Shown here: positions 1 through 12,388 of the stretch, piece after piece
Numbering within the stretch: the stretch's first letter is position 1
Layout of the letters: every line of letters starts with the position of its first letter
Assembly: GCA_002269645.1 (NCBI GenBank)
Contig: NIVC01002146.1
Span: 1 to 64,000, forward strand
DNA: 64,000 bases
Direction of reading: 5' to 3'
Origin: Macrostomum lignano
Lineage: Eukaryota
Program-made: the position numbers and the translations under genes
Notes under the pieces: model-generated
What the model was told of the DNA's origin: nothing
The model's database searches: none
What the model saw: the letters and a program-made list of their open reading frames with translations, nothing else

Positions 1-171
1 TTTTCCTTGCCAGTCATGATGCTTAGTGTTGCTTTTCAGCGCTGGAACAGGCATGAGGCCGGCGGAAGAAGTTAATTAACCGGCTCAAGTAGGACTTTGA
101 CTTTGGTTTAAGAACCAAGCGGTCAGGTTCCTTTCAAGCCCTAACTGGCCTGTCATTGACGGCCCATTCGA

Positions 172-345
172 CTTGACTAGTGGATGGCAAATTGGCCGAC
201 AAAACATGACTAGTGGATGGCAAATCAGCCGACAGAACATGACTAGTGGATTGCAAATTGTCTGACAAAACATGACTAGTGGATGGCAAATCAGCCGACA
301 AAACATGACTAATGGATGGCAAATTGGCCGACAAAACATGACTGT
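172..345. repeat. 33-bp tandem repeat, about 5 copies
   Basis: Unit GACTAGTGGATGGCAAATTGGCCGACAAAACAT, repeated with a few substitutions. Confidence 0.9.
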
Positions 346-599
346 GACATAGATTTATCCTATCAGTCTCTAAATTAATCCTATCGCTATTTCTACTTTC
401 AGGTCGCCTCAGCATTTCAACTGTAGGAGCGGATGGAGCGTCGCAAGAATCATACGGCAGTGACTCAAGCTCTACTCTCCTCTCCATATCTTCAGGTTCG
501 TGAATGCGTTGACAGCCTTGACATCGAGTCCTTCACCAAGCTGTTGATTAACCTCAGGAGACGTGTTGTATGACGAAGTTCCATAAATACGAGTATGAA

Positions 600-1200
600 C
601 TCTCAGTCTCGCAGAGCTAGTGCAGCATTATGTTATACTTACTTCGCTTAGACGGGATGTATTTCCTTTGTAAGCCCTTTGTAAAGCACCAGCGTTTCAT
701 CAATTGAAAGTCGCTGTCGGGCATGTAGTTATTTCTGCAGAGATGCCTCACACGATCGAGAAAGGGCTCCATCTTTGCCAATAGACCAGCACCTAAAGCC
801 TCGGAACAGTCGTAGAAACGGAGACAAGACAGGAGCTGCTTAAATCTGTCTCTTGATAGAGAGAAAGGCTTGGAAAGAAACGGGCAGTGAATATCAGATC
901 GGTTGACCAGTAGCTGGCTATTTCTGGCTTCTTTTCGACTCCCATCAGTGTCAGCTTTAACCATGTGCCAGTCACCAACATGCTCGACTCCTGCTAGAAC
1001 TATATGGAATGTATTTGACTTTAACAGCTCCCGACGTGACGTCTACGGGAGTGAAAGCCAGACTAAGAAAAAATTGTCTATGGCCCGATGTCGGACCAAG
1101 CTGTCTGAAACAGGGTCCCTGTTCTGTTCCTTTCTTGAACTTTTTTGTTGATTGTAGACGCTTCAGTTCGGTCCTGTTTTCAATCCTGTTGCAATCGTGT
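600..1200 (-). mobile_element. piggyBac transposase remnant (frameshifted)
   Basis: Overlapping minus frames give LTLMGVEKKPEIASYWST, LSRDRFKQLLSCLRFYD and KMEPFLD...YIPSKRSKY. These are characteristic piggyBac (DDE_Tnp_1_7) motifs. Confidence 0.85.
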
Positions 1201-1699
1201 AAAGCCAGCAAAGCCAGTCTTGTAGTCGCAGAGGCTGTATTTGGCTTGGAGTGGCAGGAGCGATGGGGTTAGCCGGAAGAGAAACGAAGCGAAAAGGGCA
1301 GCGGAGACAGGAGGGCGGCGCGCACGCCAATAAATACAAGCCAGCACAAATGGGGTGGAGTTAAAGCTGCAGGGTAAGAAAAACAGCGGGTGGGGCAGGA
1401 GAGAGGATTAGCCGCAGCCACGCTGAACACATAGGGGGTAGAAAACTAGGGTGACAGATAACAAATAGACAGCCAATGGGAGGGCACGGTGAGAAAGGAA
1501 AATCAGGGTGAGAAAATCACAGACAATAGTTGGGTAAAAATAGACTTCAATAATCAAATAATCAAATAATCAAATAGACCAATATTAATCAAACAAATAG
1601 GTCCAGTGAAATGGCAATAAAATACTATTATGCTAAATAAAATATACGAGCTAGCTAACAATAAGTTACGAGTATCGACGGGGTTGGGAGGGTTTACAG

Positions 1700-1702
<3 letters not shown>

Positions 1703-1775
<73 letters not shown>
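1703..1775. repeat. (GA)n microsatellite
   Basis: Perfect dinucleotide run. Confidence 0.98.
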
Positions 1776-1777
<2 letters not shown>

Positions 1778-1789
1778 CACGTACTGTAC

Positions 1790-2875
1790 GGCCCAATACA
1801 CTGGATCACAACATAATCTTGCTCTGGGTCCGATTCTGTTTCGGTTTGGAGTCCTATTTTTGGTCCTTTCGCTTCCCTAGGTTCTTCACGTCTTCTTGTA
1901 TACGAATCATGATCTGGGTTGCGTCGGTGGATCTATTCCGTCTGAAGCCACTCTTGTTCTCACTCCTCAGTATCTCCGTCCATGTTCGTAGCCGTGTTGC
2001 GAGCACCCTTGCCAGAATGCAGCTGCCCATTGCCATAAGACATAGTCTTCTGTAGTTATTTGGGTTGCTCCTATCCCCCTTTTTGTGGAGTGGGATGATC
2101 TGTCCTGTTTTGAGACTTTCACTCCACTTGTCTGCTTTGCTCTTTTGGATTCTGCCTCAGAATCTGTCTGTCCTCAGAATCTGTCCTCATGAATGTCCTC
2201 ATGAATCTGTCCTCAGAATCAAGTCTGTCGCTGCTCTGTTCCTTTCTTGGACTTTTGTGTTGATTTTAGACGCTTCATTTCGGTTCCGTGACCGATTATC
2301 GACGGGTTGGTGACAGTTTTTTTCCTCGTGCGACATATTTCCTTTGCTGATTCGTTCAGTATTTTCGATTTTTCTTCCCATTCTTCTGGCTTCTCTCGTC
2401 TTTCGCTCGTTTCCTTTATTGTTTTTTCTGTTTCTAGTGATTTTTTGCGAGTTTTTCTTTGGTTTTGATACAGAACTTACTTTGTTTTCTTATCTTCCAG
2501 TTGGTGTAAGGTAATCGGGTTTTTTCCCTGTCACGTCATTTCTTTTTTCTTCCCTTCAGGCTGATCGAGACCGGTTTATGGTCGGATAGTGCCATTTCTT
2601 CCGTTGTCTAGATCTTCATAACCTAGCGGTGTCTATCGTTTTTCTTTACATTAGAGCCGTCGAGTTCATGCCATTTACCTGTTCTCCTATTGAACCCCGT
2701 GCCTCTTCTTATGTGGTGAGAAGGTATTTGCCATCTGTAAACCTTGCGCGGTGCACCATTCGATAATTTCTTCTCCCGCTCGATTGGTTTGTGTCTCTAA
2801 CCCGTATTTTCCAGTTGCATCGGTGTTAGTGTTCCTGCCTACTTAGACGTTGTGGTCGCCTATGGTCTTTTGGGC
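1790..2875 (-). mobile_element. Degenerate RTE-like non-LTR retrotransposon fragment (APE endonuclease C-terminus plus RT N-terminus)
   Basis: Minus frames give IGDHNV*VG...NRAGEEIIEWCTAQGLQMANTF and RTGKWHELDG (APE), then IIPLHKKGDRSNPNNYR...ILARVLATRL...KSGFRRNRST (RT). Contains stops and an internal deletion. Confidence 0.8.
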
Positions 2876-4012
2876 AGCGTGGTTTGGCTGTTGCATGAGA
2901 ATTTGGCAAATCGGGTACGATTGATACTGAAGCACCGGAGGAAGGAACAGGAGACTCATCAGACTCCGGGGTAGTTTGACGCCGTGGCCGTCCTCGCATT
3001 GATGTCAGATTGATGCACCATTCTGTTTCGGCTATCAGTAGATGTATTTGAACCGAACTTGGAAGTGATCTTCTCCTCGGCCTTGCTAGACTTAGTCTCG
3101 ATGCGGATGTAGACCGGTTTGGAAGAGTCTTCCGCTGGCTGATGCAGTTCTGTGCACGTAGCTGATAGACGGGTACGTGGAATTTTTATAAAAACTTGAC
3201 TGGCAGGAATCGCACCGATTGAAGAAGGTGTGGTGTTTTGCCTTAAACAGAAAGAAGCAACTGAGTGTTTCACACCGACTTCAGCAGATGAACACTTGAG
3301 AGCCATCTTAAAAACTTGAATAATGCGCTCAACGAGACCGTTGGACTGCTGCTGCCCAGGTGGCGTGAGGATTTGTTGAATTTTGTTTGATTTCAGAAAT
3401 GATTGAAACTCCTCAGATCGAAAGTTTGTCCCGTTGTCGGTCACCAGAAACTTGGGCAACCCAACGTATTTGAAAGTCTTTCGACACGCACTGATAACCG
3501 AAGAAGACGTGATGGATCTGAGTGTCTGAACGTCGATCCAGCGCGAAAAAGCGTCAACCAGCACTAGGAACTTGTAGTCCGATGTCCAGGTGAACGCGCT
3601 TGAAAAACTCTTTAGCATCATTGAATTGAAGGCCACCAGAAATATTGGCGCGCAACTCGGATCATCCTGACAATTCCTGGATGTCCTTCATGAAGCAGGT
3701 GCAGGATTTCGTCAGTTGAGATGGTGGTACAAAATCCGAATGCTTCTGAATACAATTACGTTCTGTATTGTGTACTGGGATCGATCCTTGCTGTATGGAA
3801 GCATGTGTTTGGGAGGATATTCTGGCTAGCCTTGTGTTATGAACTTCTTCAGCAGAACTATTTCAGAATCTTTTGAATGGGAAATACGTTTGAGAAGTCC
3901 TTTGGAATTTCTGAATTCTTCGAGGTTGTTTATCTCCAGTAGATTCACTGAATTTACGATAGGAGATTTTCCAGTACTTGGGATTCTCGACAAGGTATCA
4001 GCTGCAAACATT

Positions 4013-5380
4013 GGGCCGTATGAATAAAAAAAAGAAATTTTTTTCTTGCAAGAAATCCAAGAATTTCTTGCGTTTATAAGAATAAAAAACTGCGAGTTTC
4101 TTGCAAGATTTTCTCGCCAAGAAAATCTCGAGCTTTCACAAGAAAAGATTTGCTCGGCAAGAAAATCTCACGAGGAAAAGATTTTCTTGCTTTCTGATGA
4201 ATAAAAGACGTGATTTTCTCGCCGAGAGAGCCGACACTTGAGTTTTATGCGAGCAACTCTTTCTCTGGCTCAAGCGAATCTTCAGCGCCCATAACACGAG
4301 ACACGAGATGTTCCTTCAGATCAGAAAGACCAAGGAGTACCTGCCCCGACAGGCCACTCCAGTGGAGACATATCCATCATATTGTTGGATTCGAATCCGC
4401 GTCCATTATGCGGGCCAACCTGGATTCCCATGGAAGAAGTTTTATGGGACGATTCCCTGTCCTATTTCGATCCACCTTGCCCTTCATACGCGTCTTCATG
4501 TTGGCGATCTTCTTCGATGTTTTGCCGGTCTCGAACAGCTTTCCTGTCAGCATTTCTAACTCAGCGCACAATGCTGCAATGGCCGCCTCCTTCTTCTTCT
4601 TCACGACGGGCGTGCTACTCTTTGATAAGAGAACCGGGTGCTTAGAGAGTACGTTGACAATGTAGTCGGCTTCCTCCTCGGCTTCCTGTTGACTTTCAGA
4701 CTCGGCATCCGATGCGGCAGACATGTTTCTCGAGAGAAGATTGCGCGGTTTCAATGAAATCTGGTAGCATACTTCACTGGTAGGCTATTTACGTCGCTCA
4801 GCTTGCGAACGGTCCAAGGACACAGTTTTGTACACACGGCAGCTCCCATTTCTACCCCCCACGCAGCGTCTTATAACATGCTCGCAGTTTTTTTTGCATT
4901 GTTTCTGGGTCCTGCAAAGAGTAATCACGATATACATGTAAAAAATTGGCAACCATTCGATGCCAGGACGCTCAATCTCAGGGTAAAATTTCAAAGCAAA
5001 GTGACTTTCCTGTCACCTGATGTTCAGGTAAACTCCACATGGATTTTGCCACTTTCTAGTAGGATTTTTCTGGACGGATTTTCGGTGTTCACGTGGTTTT
5101 AGCCATAGACACAGCATGGGCTGCGCCCAAGCCTGAGGAGACGGCCGTCGATTCCACGTCACCGACATCTTGGTTTGGGCCCTAGACAACTTTCAGCCAA
5201 GTGGCAGTCGCCGAGAAAATCTCACGAGCCGAGAAACTTTTATTCATGTCTTTTCTAGAATATCTTGACTCGTAAGATTTTCTCCAACAGATTTTCTTGC
5301 CGTAAAAGAATTTCTTTAAAGAAATTCTTGGCTCGAAAGATAATCTTTAAAGATTTTCTCACGTTTTATTCATACGGCCC
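4013..5380 (-). mobile_element. Non-autonomous PIF/Harbinger-superfamily DNA transposon, 1368 bp
   Basis: Perfect 17-bp TIRs GGGCCGTATGAATAAAA (4013-4029 and 5364-5380) and a 3-bp TSD ATT (4010-4012 and 5381-5383). Removing the element restores the Gypsy frame QVIYSKGETMFAADTLSR. Confidence 0.92.
4377..4724 (-). CDS. Myb/SANT-like DNA-binding protein of the Harbinger element (115 aa, probably truncated)
   Basis: HPVLLSKSSTPVVKKKKEAA...KKIANMKTRMK...TGNRPIKLLPWE...DSNPTI resembles the Myb/SANT accessory ORF of Harbinger elements. Confidence 0.75.
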   Translation of the reverse strand: MSAASDAESESQQEAEEEADYIVNVLSKHPVLLSKSSTPVVKKKKEAAIAALCAELEMLTGKLFETGKTSKKIANMKTRMKGKVDRNRTGNRPIKLLPWESRLARIMDADSNPTI

Positions 5381-6659
5381 ATTGTCTCCCCCTTTGAATA
5401 GATGACTTGGTAGTTGTAGGCACTCGAAGTCAATGCCCAGCGCTGCAATCTGGCTGATAAGCGCTCTGAGATCTTGCCAGGATTGAAAATAAACATTAGT
5501 GGGCGATGATCGGAAATAATCTTGAAGTGTCGACCTGCTAGGAACTGTTGATACTATTTAACACCTTCGACTATGGCAAGTGCTTCGCGTTCGATATTCG
5601 AGTAATTCGACTCAGCGGATTTTAGTATTCGGCTTGCGAGCCAGACGACTTGCTTCTGATTATCATCGTGGGAAAGCACATAACCAATTCCGTCTTTAGA
5701 AGCATCGCACGTCAAAAACAGAGGTTGGGTGATGTCATAAGATACGATTTGATGGAACGTGTATACTGGGTATACTGGGTATACTGGGTATATGAGGTAT
5801 ACTGGATTTTATCTTCCGATAAGCATCTGTGTGAAGGTCGGTCCAATTCCATGTTACATGCTTTTTTAGAAGATGGTAAAGTGGTTTTGCGATGAGTAAG
5901 AAATTCGGGCAGAACAATCCGTAGTGACCCAAGGTAGACACCGCACTCCTTAGTTGATCTTTGTCTCTTGGTTCTGCCAACTCATTTAGTGCCTTGACCC
6001 TTGCAGGATCTGGTTGCAGTTGACCATTACTGAGTACGAAGCCCAAGAACTTGACGCGATCCTTGAACTCCTGAGACTTGCGGACATTAATTTTAAACAT
6101 ATGTTGAGCAAGTCTGCCCTTTACCAGTGAAAGAACTCTGTGATGCTCACTAGCGCTTGGAGTCCCGATTACGATGTCATCTTGGTAAGAAGCTACGTAT
6201 GGTATACCTCTCAGCAGTTTATCCATCACCTCTTGAAGTATTAACGGAGCGACGAATATTCCGAACTGCATCTTTCGGAATGCAAAATGGCATACGAGTG
6301 GAAATACAGGTCAATCGTTGGCTTCCTCCGATAATCCAATCTGCAAGTACGCGTCTTCTAAATCGATCACGGAATAGTGCTTTGCATTTGGAATAGCTGC
6401 TAGAATCTCCTCAAGCATAGGAAGTTTGTACTGATCAGAATCGATGAGCCTGTTCAGCGTCACCGAGTAATCTCCACAGATTCGGATGGGTCTGACCGAC
6501 CCTTCGGGCTTGAGAACGGGTACTATTGGACACGAAACGGTAGGGTTTTCCACAGGGTAGATTATACCAGCAGAAAGCAATCTGCTCAATTCGGATGCTG
6601 GGTGCCCCACCAGCTGACCGCCGTTAACAGGTTGATTCCGATGCAAAGCCAGAGTGAGA

Positions 6660-7075
6660 GACCAAGGCTGAGCTGCACCCCAAGAAGGTCATGCTTTCAG
6701 TATTCTGGGACACGAAAGGAATCATAACGTGGGAGCTGCTGTCGAAGAACATTAGCATCAATGCCACTTTCCACCAGGAGCAGCTTGAGCGCCTGCATCA
6801 GAAGCTGGCTGAGGTGCGCCCTGAACGTCGCCGGGTCATATTGCTGCACGACAACGCACCTGCGCACAAGGCACAGTCGACCCGTCAGAAGCTGCTCGAG
6901 TTGGGCTGGGAGATTCTTCCCCACCGTACAGCCCAGATCTTGCACCCACCGATTATCACCTTTTGCCTCCCTCGACCGTTCTATGGCCGGCAAAAAGTTT
7001 AATAATGAGGACGACCTGAAGACCCACCTGACAAACTTCTTCGAGGGCCAGTGCCCGGAGTTCTATAACCATGTC
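6660..7075 (+). mobile_element. Mariner transposase C-terminal fragment
   Basis: LHPKKVMLSVFWD, LLHDNAPAH, and (P)YSPDLAPTDYHLF after a frameshift, then GKKFNNEDDL. These are mariner D,D34D motifs. Confidence 0.92.
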
Positions 7076-7096
7076 AATGTAAATTGATAACCCCGT

Positions 7097-7463
7097 CGAG
7101 GGCTGAGCAATAAGTTTCCGGATGTGCATAGTTGAGAGCCGGCTGACAAAATCTAACACCATAGGAGTCAAGTACATTATATAAGTACAATTTTTGTTAA
7201 GTTTCAGACACACTGGTCATGTATAGGCAGTGCAGCACCCAAACCAAGCTAGCATACCCACCCCTATCTATCAAATTCGCAATGGAGCTCAATAGGAGTC
7301 ATTGTAAAGCAATGATTTATTACGATTTTAAAAGTGATTTGCGGCAGCAAGAAAGTCTTGAGCGATTGCGAGGAGCTTTTGGGGATGAAGCACCTTCTAG
7401 ATGTAACTTTTTTTCTAACTCTTTCTGTCTGGGCACATCCGGAAACTTATTGCTCAGCCCTCG
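7097..7463 (+). mobile_element. Internally deleted mariner (367 bp) retaining the start of the transposase HTH
   Basis: Perfect 31-bp TIRs CGAGGGCTGAGCAATAAGTTTCCGGATGTGC (7097-7127 and 7433-7463), with TA on the right flank. Internal frame MELNRSHCKAMIYYDFKSDLRQQESLERLRGAFGDEAPSR is a mariner N-terminus. Confidence 0.9.
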
Positions 7464-7584
7464 TACGGAAAACTTTTACATTGAATGAACTAGTGACAAA
7501 TGTGAAAAAAATTCCCTACAAGCTGATGTTCCCACAAATTGCAATGCCTGTTTAACTATTGATTAGTTTAATATTTGTCTTAAT

Positions 7585-8900
7585 TCAGTTCGCCTGATCA
7601 GCTTCCGGGTCGTCTGGCTCCTCTTGGGCACGTTGGTCGTTGGATCGCTTGGCTTTCATCAGCTCACTGCGCAACCGCCGAAACGCCAACTGCAGTCGTG
7701 AAGGAGAGACGTGGGCCTTCACAATTCGTACAAGAAATGATTGTACTACGTCCAGGGTCGTCTCCGCTACACAATCCCTTGACCGGCCTGTCAACGACTT
7801 TGTACGCAAGTCCTCCTCGCTGAAAACAGCACGGAGAAGCGCTCTGAGCACGAGCATCTCGGTATGCTCGCTTTTCCGCTCCCCGTGTGTCTCCACCGCG
7901 GACATAAGCGTCGAGTAGCTGCGAGCCTTGACCTGTAGTAGAAGGGGTAGAATTTTGAGCTGCGGAGCGATATTGGACTTTGCAATTGCATCCACGAATC
8001 CGTTTTTGCTACCTTGAACGGGTGCCCCGGCATGAGCGGAACCATTTCGGCCTCCGGTGCTTCTTCTACATTCTGCTGCACGCTGCTGAATGCAGCAGCG
8101 CCAGCTGCTGCTGAAGATGCAGCGGCAGCGGCAACGGGCATTGCAGTGGCGGGCGGCGGCAACTGGCATTGCAGTGGCGGCGGCAACGGGAATTAAAGTG
8201 GCGGCGGTAACGGCGGTTGCAGCAGCGGATGTGGCAGCGGCAGTGGCAACGGCACCTGACGGCGTTTCCTCGGCCAGCAGCTCCGCCATCAGATCGCCCT
8301 TCTCGCCAGGTCGCGAGAAGCGCCGTCACTGTGCCACTGTCAGCGTTCCGACTGCGGCAGATGCTACTGAATGCTAGCGATGGGCAGATGCTACTGAACT
8401 GCCGCATCACTCCGTCATTCGTACGGGCACGGTCCTGCTGGGCCTGTGCAAGCGGTGGTATTTGATGATGAAGTGTGGTTCTAAGAATTGGAACGAGTAT
8501 GTAGTTTCACTTCTAGTGCATCAGAAGGGCCGTGCCGCACCTCAATTAGTGCCGCCTGCATTTTGTCCAGCTCGCGCTCCATGCTCCCAACCTTGAGGAG
8601 CAGCTCTGCATTTTCTCTGGCCAACTGGTCAACCGTCAGATCTCGGGCTGCCAGATCTGTCTGCAGCTGACCCACATTCAGCTGGAGAGCCTGCAGCGAG
8701 GCCGCAGTTTCATGCAACTTTACGTCCCGCGTGGCACTACAGGAGAATGTAAGGGTGGGAGTTTTTTAAGCATTCTCTCTCTGGCTTTGGCTTCCCGTTT
8801 GTCAGCTGGACCCCAGAATAAAATTGCAGGATACCGACAGCTGTTAGCGGACGGCTTCCTTGCCCAGAAGACGGAGACTTCATCCCATCTGTGATGCCCG
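7585..8900 (-). pseudogene. BEN-domain protein (N-terminal conserved motif, coiled coil, Ala-rich linker, BEN), fragmented, probably transposon-borne
   Basis: The 7585-8289 frame ends in a BEN-like LLRAVFSEEDLRTKSLTGR. 8481-8717 is a heptad-rich coiled coil. 8720-8900 gives VSVFW...YPAILFWGPADK. It is co-oriented with the adjacent EnSpm transposase. Confidence 0.6.
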
Positions 8901-9039
8901 TTAGTTGGTGGTAGGTCACAGAAACAAACAGCTGTTTCGTGCAATGGATGGTGGGTGGTGGGTGGTGGGTGGTACAGTTTTTTTAAACTGTACCACCCAC
9001 CAGGACGACCCACCTAATGCGACGGCAGACGCAGCGGAT

Positions 9040-9290
9040 GGGGTGGCAGCGGAGCCGGGGGCAGCGGAGGTCGCGCCGATGGCAGCGGAGCCTGTGGCAG
9101 CGGAGCCGGTGGCAGCGGAGGTCGCGCCGGTGGCAGCGGAGCCTGTGGCAGCGGAGCCGGTGGCAGCGGAGCCGGTGGCAGCAGAGGTCGCGCCGGTGGC
9201 AGCGGAGCCGGAGGCAGCAGAGGTCGCGCCGGTGGCAGCGGAGCCGGTGGCAGCAGATGTCGCGCCAGTGGCAGCGGAGGCAGTTGGCAG
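9040..9290. repeat. GC-rich 15/21-bp composite tandem repeat
   Basis: Units GCAGCGGAGCCGGTG and GCAGCGGAGGTCGCGCCGGTG. Confidence 0.85.
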
Positions 9291-12200
9291 TCGCTTCAGC
9301 CGATGCGACCGGGCATCGGTTCGGTTGTGCACCGTGGCTGAGCAGCGGCCGCACAAAAACATCGAAGTCAGTAGTCATTTGGAGCACCGCACCTCCGCCA
9401 GGCTGGTACATGAAGCACAGCTCCTAGCGTCTTGAGCAGCTCGCGTCGGGAGGCTGCCCGACTTATCGGCTGTGCGGCGGCAAGTCTGGCGACCGGATGA
9501 CATTTCGCTGAAAAAATTGTAGTGGGGTCCGTTCCGTTGCAAATTCCATATGGGTTCTCATACATTTAAAGGAGTAACGCAGTTTGCTGAATTCACTTAT
9601 AAAAGTGTATGTACGCTCGTATATATTTTCGGGAAGTGAAGAAGCATGCGGATAAGCAACTGAAAATCTTGCCCAGCAGATAGCTAACAGTTGACGTGGG
9701 CAACTTGAACATATAAAGTAAATTTTACATAATACCTGGCCATCCCTAACGGCATAACATTGTAAACTCATAAGTTCGAAGCTTCGCATGCTCAAAATTT
9801 ACGAGCAGAGTTGACGTTCAATTTCGAAGCTTTTGTCATGTCCCCTCTTAAGCCCCTCTTTCCAGGCCTGGCCCTGGCGCCGTGTGCAACGGCGGACATT
9901 TTTGTTTCGTCTGCTTGTATTGTCTACTGCTTTAAATATATAATTAAATCAATAGTTCGTTCACGAGTGTGAAACTTGGGTATGCGGCATGACAGCGATA
10001 TGGGTATCGTTGAAGGCACACGTGCCGATGATTTCGGCCGCATGGAGGACGACATCTGCATCGTCAGGAAAGACGTCAAACGGATGACAGGCGAGCCTCC
10101 GAACGTGGCACTAAGTGCATCCGGCTTCTTCAGGATCTGCTATGCCTGCCAAAAGAAAAAGCGGCTGCAGCGGTGCATCGGCTGCAATCGGACGGGACAA
10201 TTGCAAACCACCTGCGTAACGCGTGCCGCCCCCTTGATGACCGGGATGGCCGGCCAAGATGAGCTGCAAACGCGTCTCACTGCAGGCCGTCTTGACAGCG
10301 ATGGCGTTGCTCAATTCAGCGGCCAGGTTGCGTCGGCAATGCAGTCTAGCCAGCAGCCGGCCGTGCTGCGACTCAAATAATCCAGTCAGAGAGTCTGTGC
10401 ACTGGGCCAAATTCTGCTGCAAACGATGGCAAATGCTGACAAACCTTGGGATGGAGAAGAAGGGGGTATTCACGCAGCAGTAATTAAAGTTGTTGTGCTT
10501 GCAATGGAGCAGTTTTTTAAGTGAGTTGTTACAAATTTAACTACATGGTGCACGTTATAGGTCAGAGCCCGTCTTAAGTACAACGGCTCCAGACGGTGCG
10601 CGAAATGTCGCAATGAAGTGCGTGCGCGTTCCACTTCGTGCAGTGGCGCGTCGTCCAGCGTAAGCCAGAAGAAAGACGACGACAGCAAGTTGAAATGCTG
10701 TGCGTACGTCTCCGGCAGAATGCCTGGGAACACAATCGGACCGTACAGCAGCAACCACGCTTCCAGCTAGTGACCCCTGAGATGGCCAAGGTCTCGCAAG
10801 CTCCGTGGTGCTCTCTGTACCGCGCCGTTCGGAATTCGGATCGAGGCAGTCAGAGCGTCAACGAGTTGAACGGATCCTCGTAGATCCGGGTTGACTGAAT
10901 TTTGGCAAAAGTGTTTAGTCTGATAGTAAGTAAACAAGTAAACCATTTTTCCGACTAAATGGCAACATTCAGCCACGAAACTGCACTCGAGTCCGGGTTG
11001 GGTGAGCCAAACAGCTGCGTGAGCGTCCACTTGACGGGGCCCTCGCACAACTGATGCAAATAGCACGGTGGGGTTGCTGTAAAAGTGTGGGGTCTTTTAC
11101 TGTGAGCTTAGCAGTCCAACTTTAACTTAACAATCTCAGCTGGGAACTTATTCGTTACCCCAAATGTAGTCGAACCCGGATAATTCACTCAGAGGGGACA
11201 GCGCCTTAACACCGAGGTTACCATCTCGCAACTCGACGTCTACGCGCGCAAGGTGTACAGTATCACGCAGACACCGCACCTGAGGCTGCTGACAGCCACG
11301 CTCTGTAGCTAGGGCGACATCAGCTGCTGCCACGTCCGGTGGGTAGAAGCGCGCCTGTCCTTCACCAACGGGAGCAGTACGGATGTAACATTTGTCACAC
11401 CCGTGGACAGCGTTAAAGCGCTTAACGCCGATTGTCTCAGCCCGCTGTGGCGCGTCCATCATAAACAGCAGTGGATGAAAACGGATGACACCGGCCTGAG
11501 TCGCATCAGGGCCGCATCCTCTTCTGCATGCAACTCCATCCAGACTCAGCTCATTAAGCTGCTTTACTACCATTGGGAGATAAGCTGTAGAATTAAGCTT
11601 CTGTCTGCCGCACCAGTAGCGGCAGGTCACCACGCTGTTGGCTTTCAGGCGGTCCGGTAGCTCCACCACGGACAGGTACACAGGACAGATTTCCATGACG
11701 GAATGGCGGAATGCCTGTTGCAAATAAAATGAAGCTTCGAATTGTCTGACTGTAATTAATTTGTCACCGCGTTTAACCATCCAGAACATGGGACAAAACT
11801 GCAACAAAGACGGTCCCCTTACTCGTACTTACCGGAAATCCGTCAATGCAAACAACGTAACTCAGGTCCTGTCGGGAGTCCAGAGAAATTGAACTCTTAA
11901 ATTTGCAGTACCCTTCAGAAGAGCCAAGTCCAAGAAAACCAGGCTCGCACTTCTGGTCTGCGGGAAATACGACTTTCTGGAGCAATCCTTCCGCTTCTAT
12001 CTGCAACTGAAGCTGCTTACGGACGTCCATCTGCCAGTACGTGCAGATTTTGTCCGGCGTCAGTGCAGCTGTGCAGTTTTCACAGACAGTGTCAGCTGTA
12101 TCCACTCGAGCGAGGCACTTCAGGCAGAAATTGATACATTTGGGTTTCCGTCGACGCACCCCTAAGGCCTGGCGCAAAAGATGCTTCGACGTAGGGATGC

Positions 12201-12388
12201 ACCCACCAGCAGGCAGAGTCTCGTCAATCAGAGCCAGGACAGCACGGACGACGCTACCATTTAAACCGTACCTGGTCACAATTTTCTGCATTGCAGCAGC
12301 AAAGCTCCCGTACGTATGTCCACTTCCTGGGCACACGGGATCATGCAGTCTTGGATGAGCTTCGTCATCGGAACTGCTGCTGCTGCTG

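Larger units (their letters stand above)
2959..6630 (-). mobile_element. Gypsy/Ty3 LTR retrotransposon pol remnant (RT, RNase H, integrase), interrupted at 4013-5380
   Basis: RT: CPIVPVLKPEG..RICGDY, VIDLEDAYLQI, YQDDIVI, VKFLGF. RNase H: CDASKDGIG, YSNIEREALA, ISDHRPL, ADTLSR. Integrase: LHEGHPGIVRM, LVDAFSRW, VTDNGTNF, SNGLVER. The RT-RH-INT order is Gypsy type. gag, protease and LTRs are not seen. Confidence 0.95.

Noticed and set aside
70-1280. Possible piggyBac termini (TTAA-CCGGCT at about 77; AGCCGG at about 1271)
   Set aside because: Only 6 bp are complementary and there is no TTAA at the right end.
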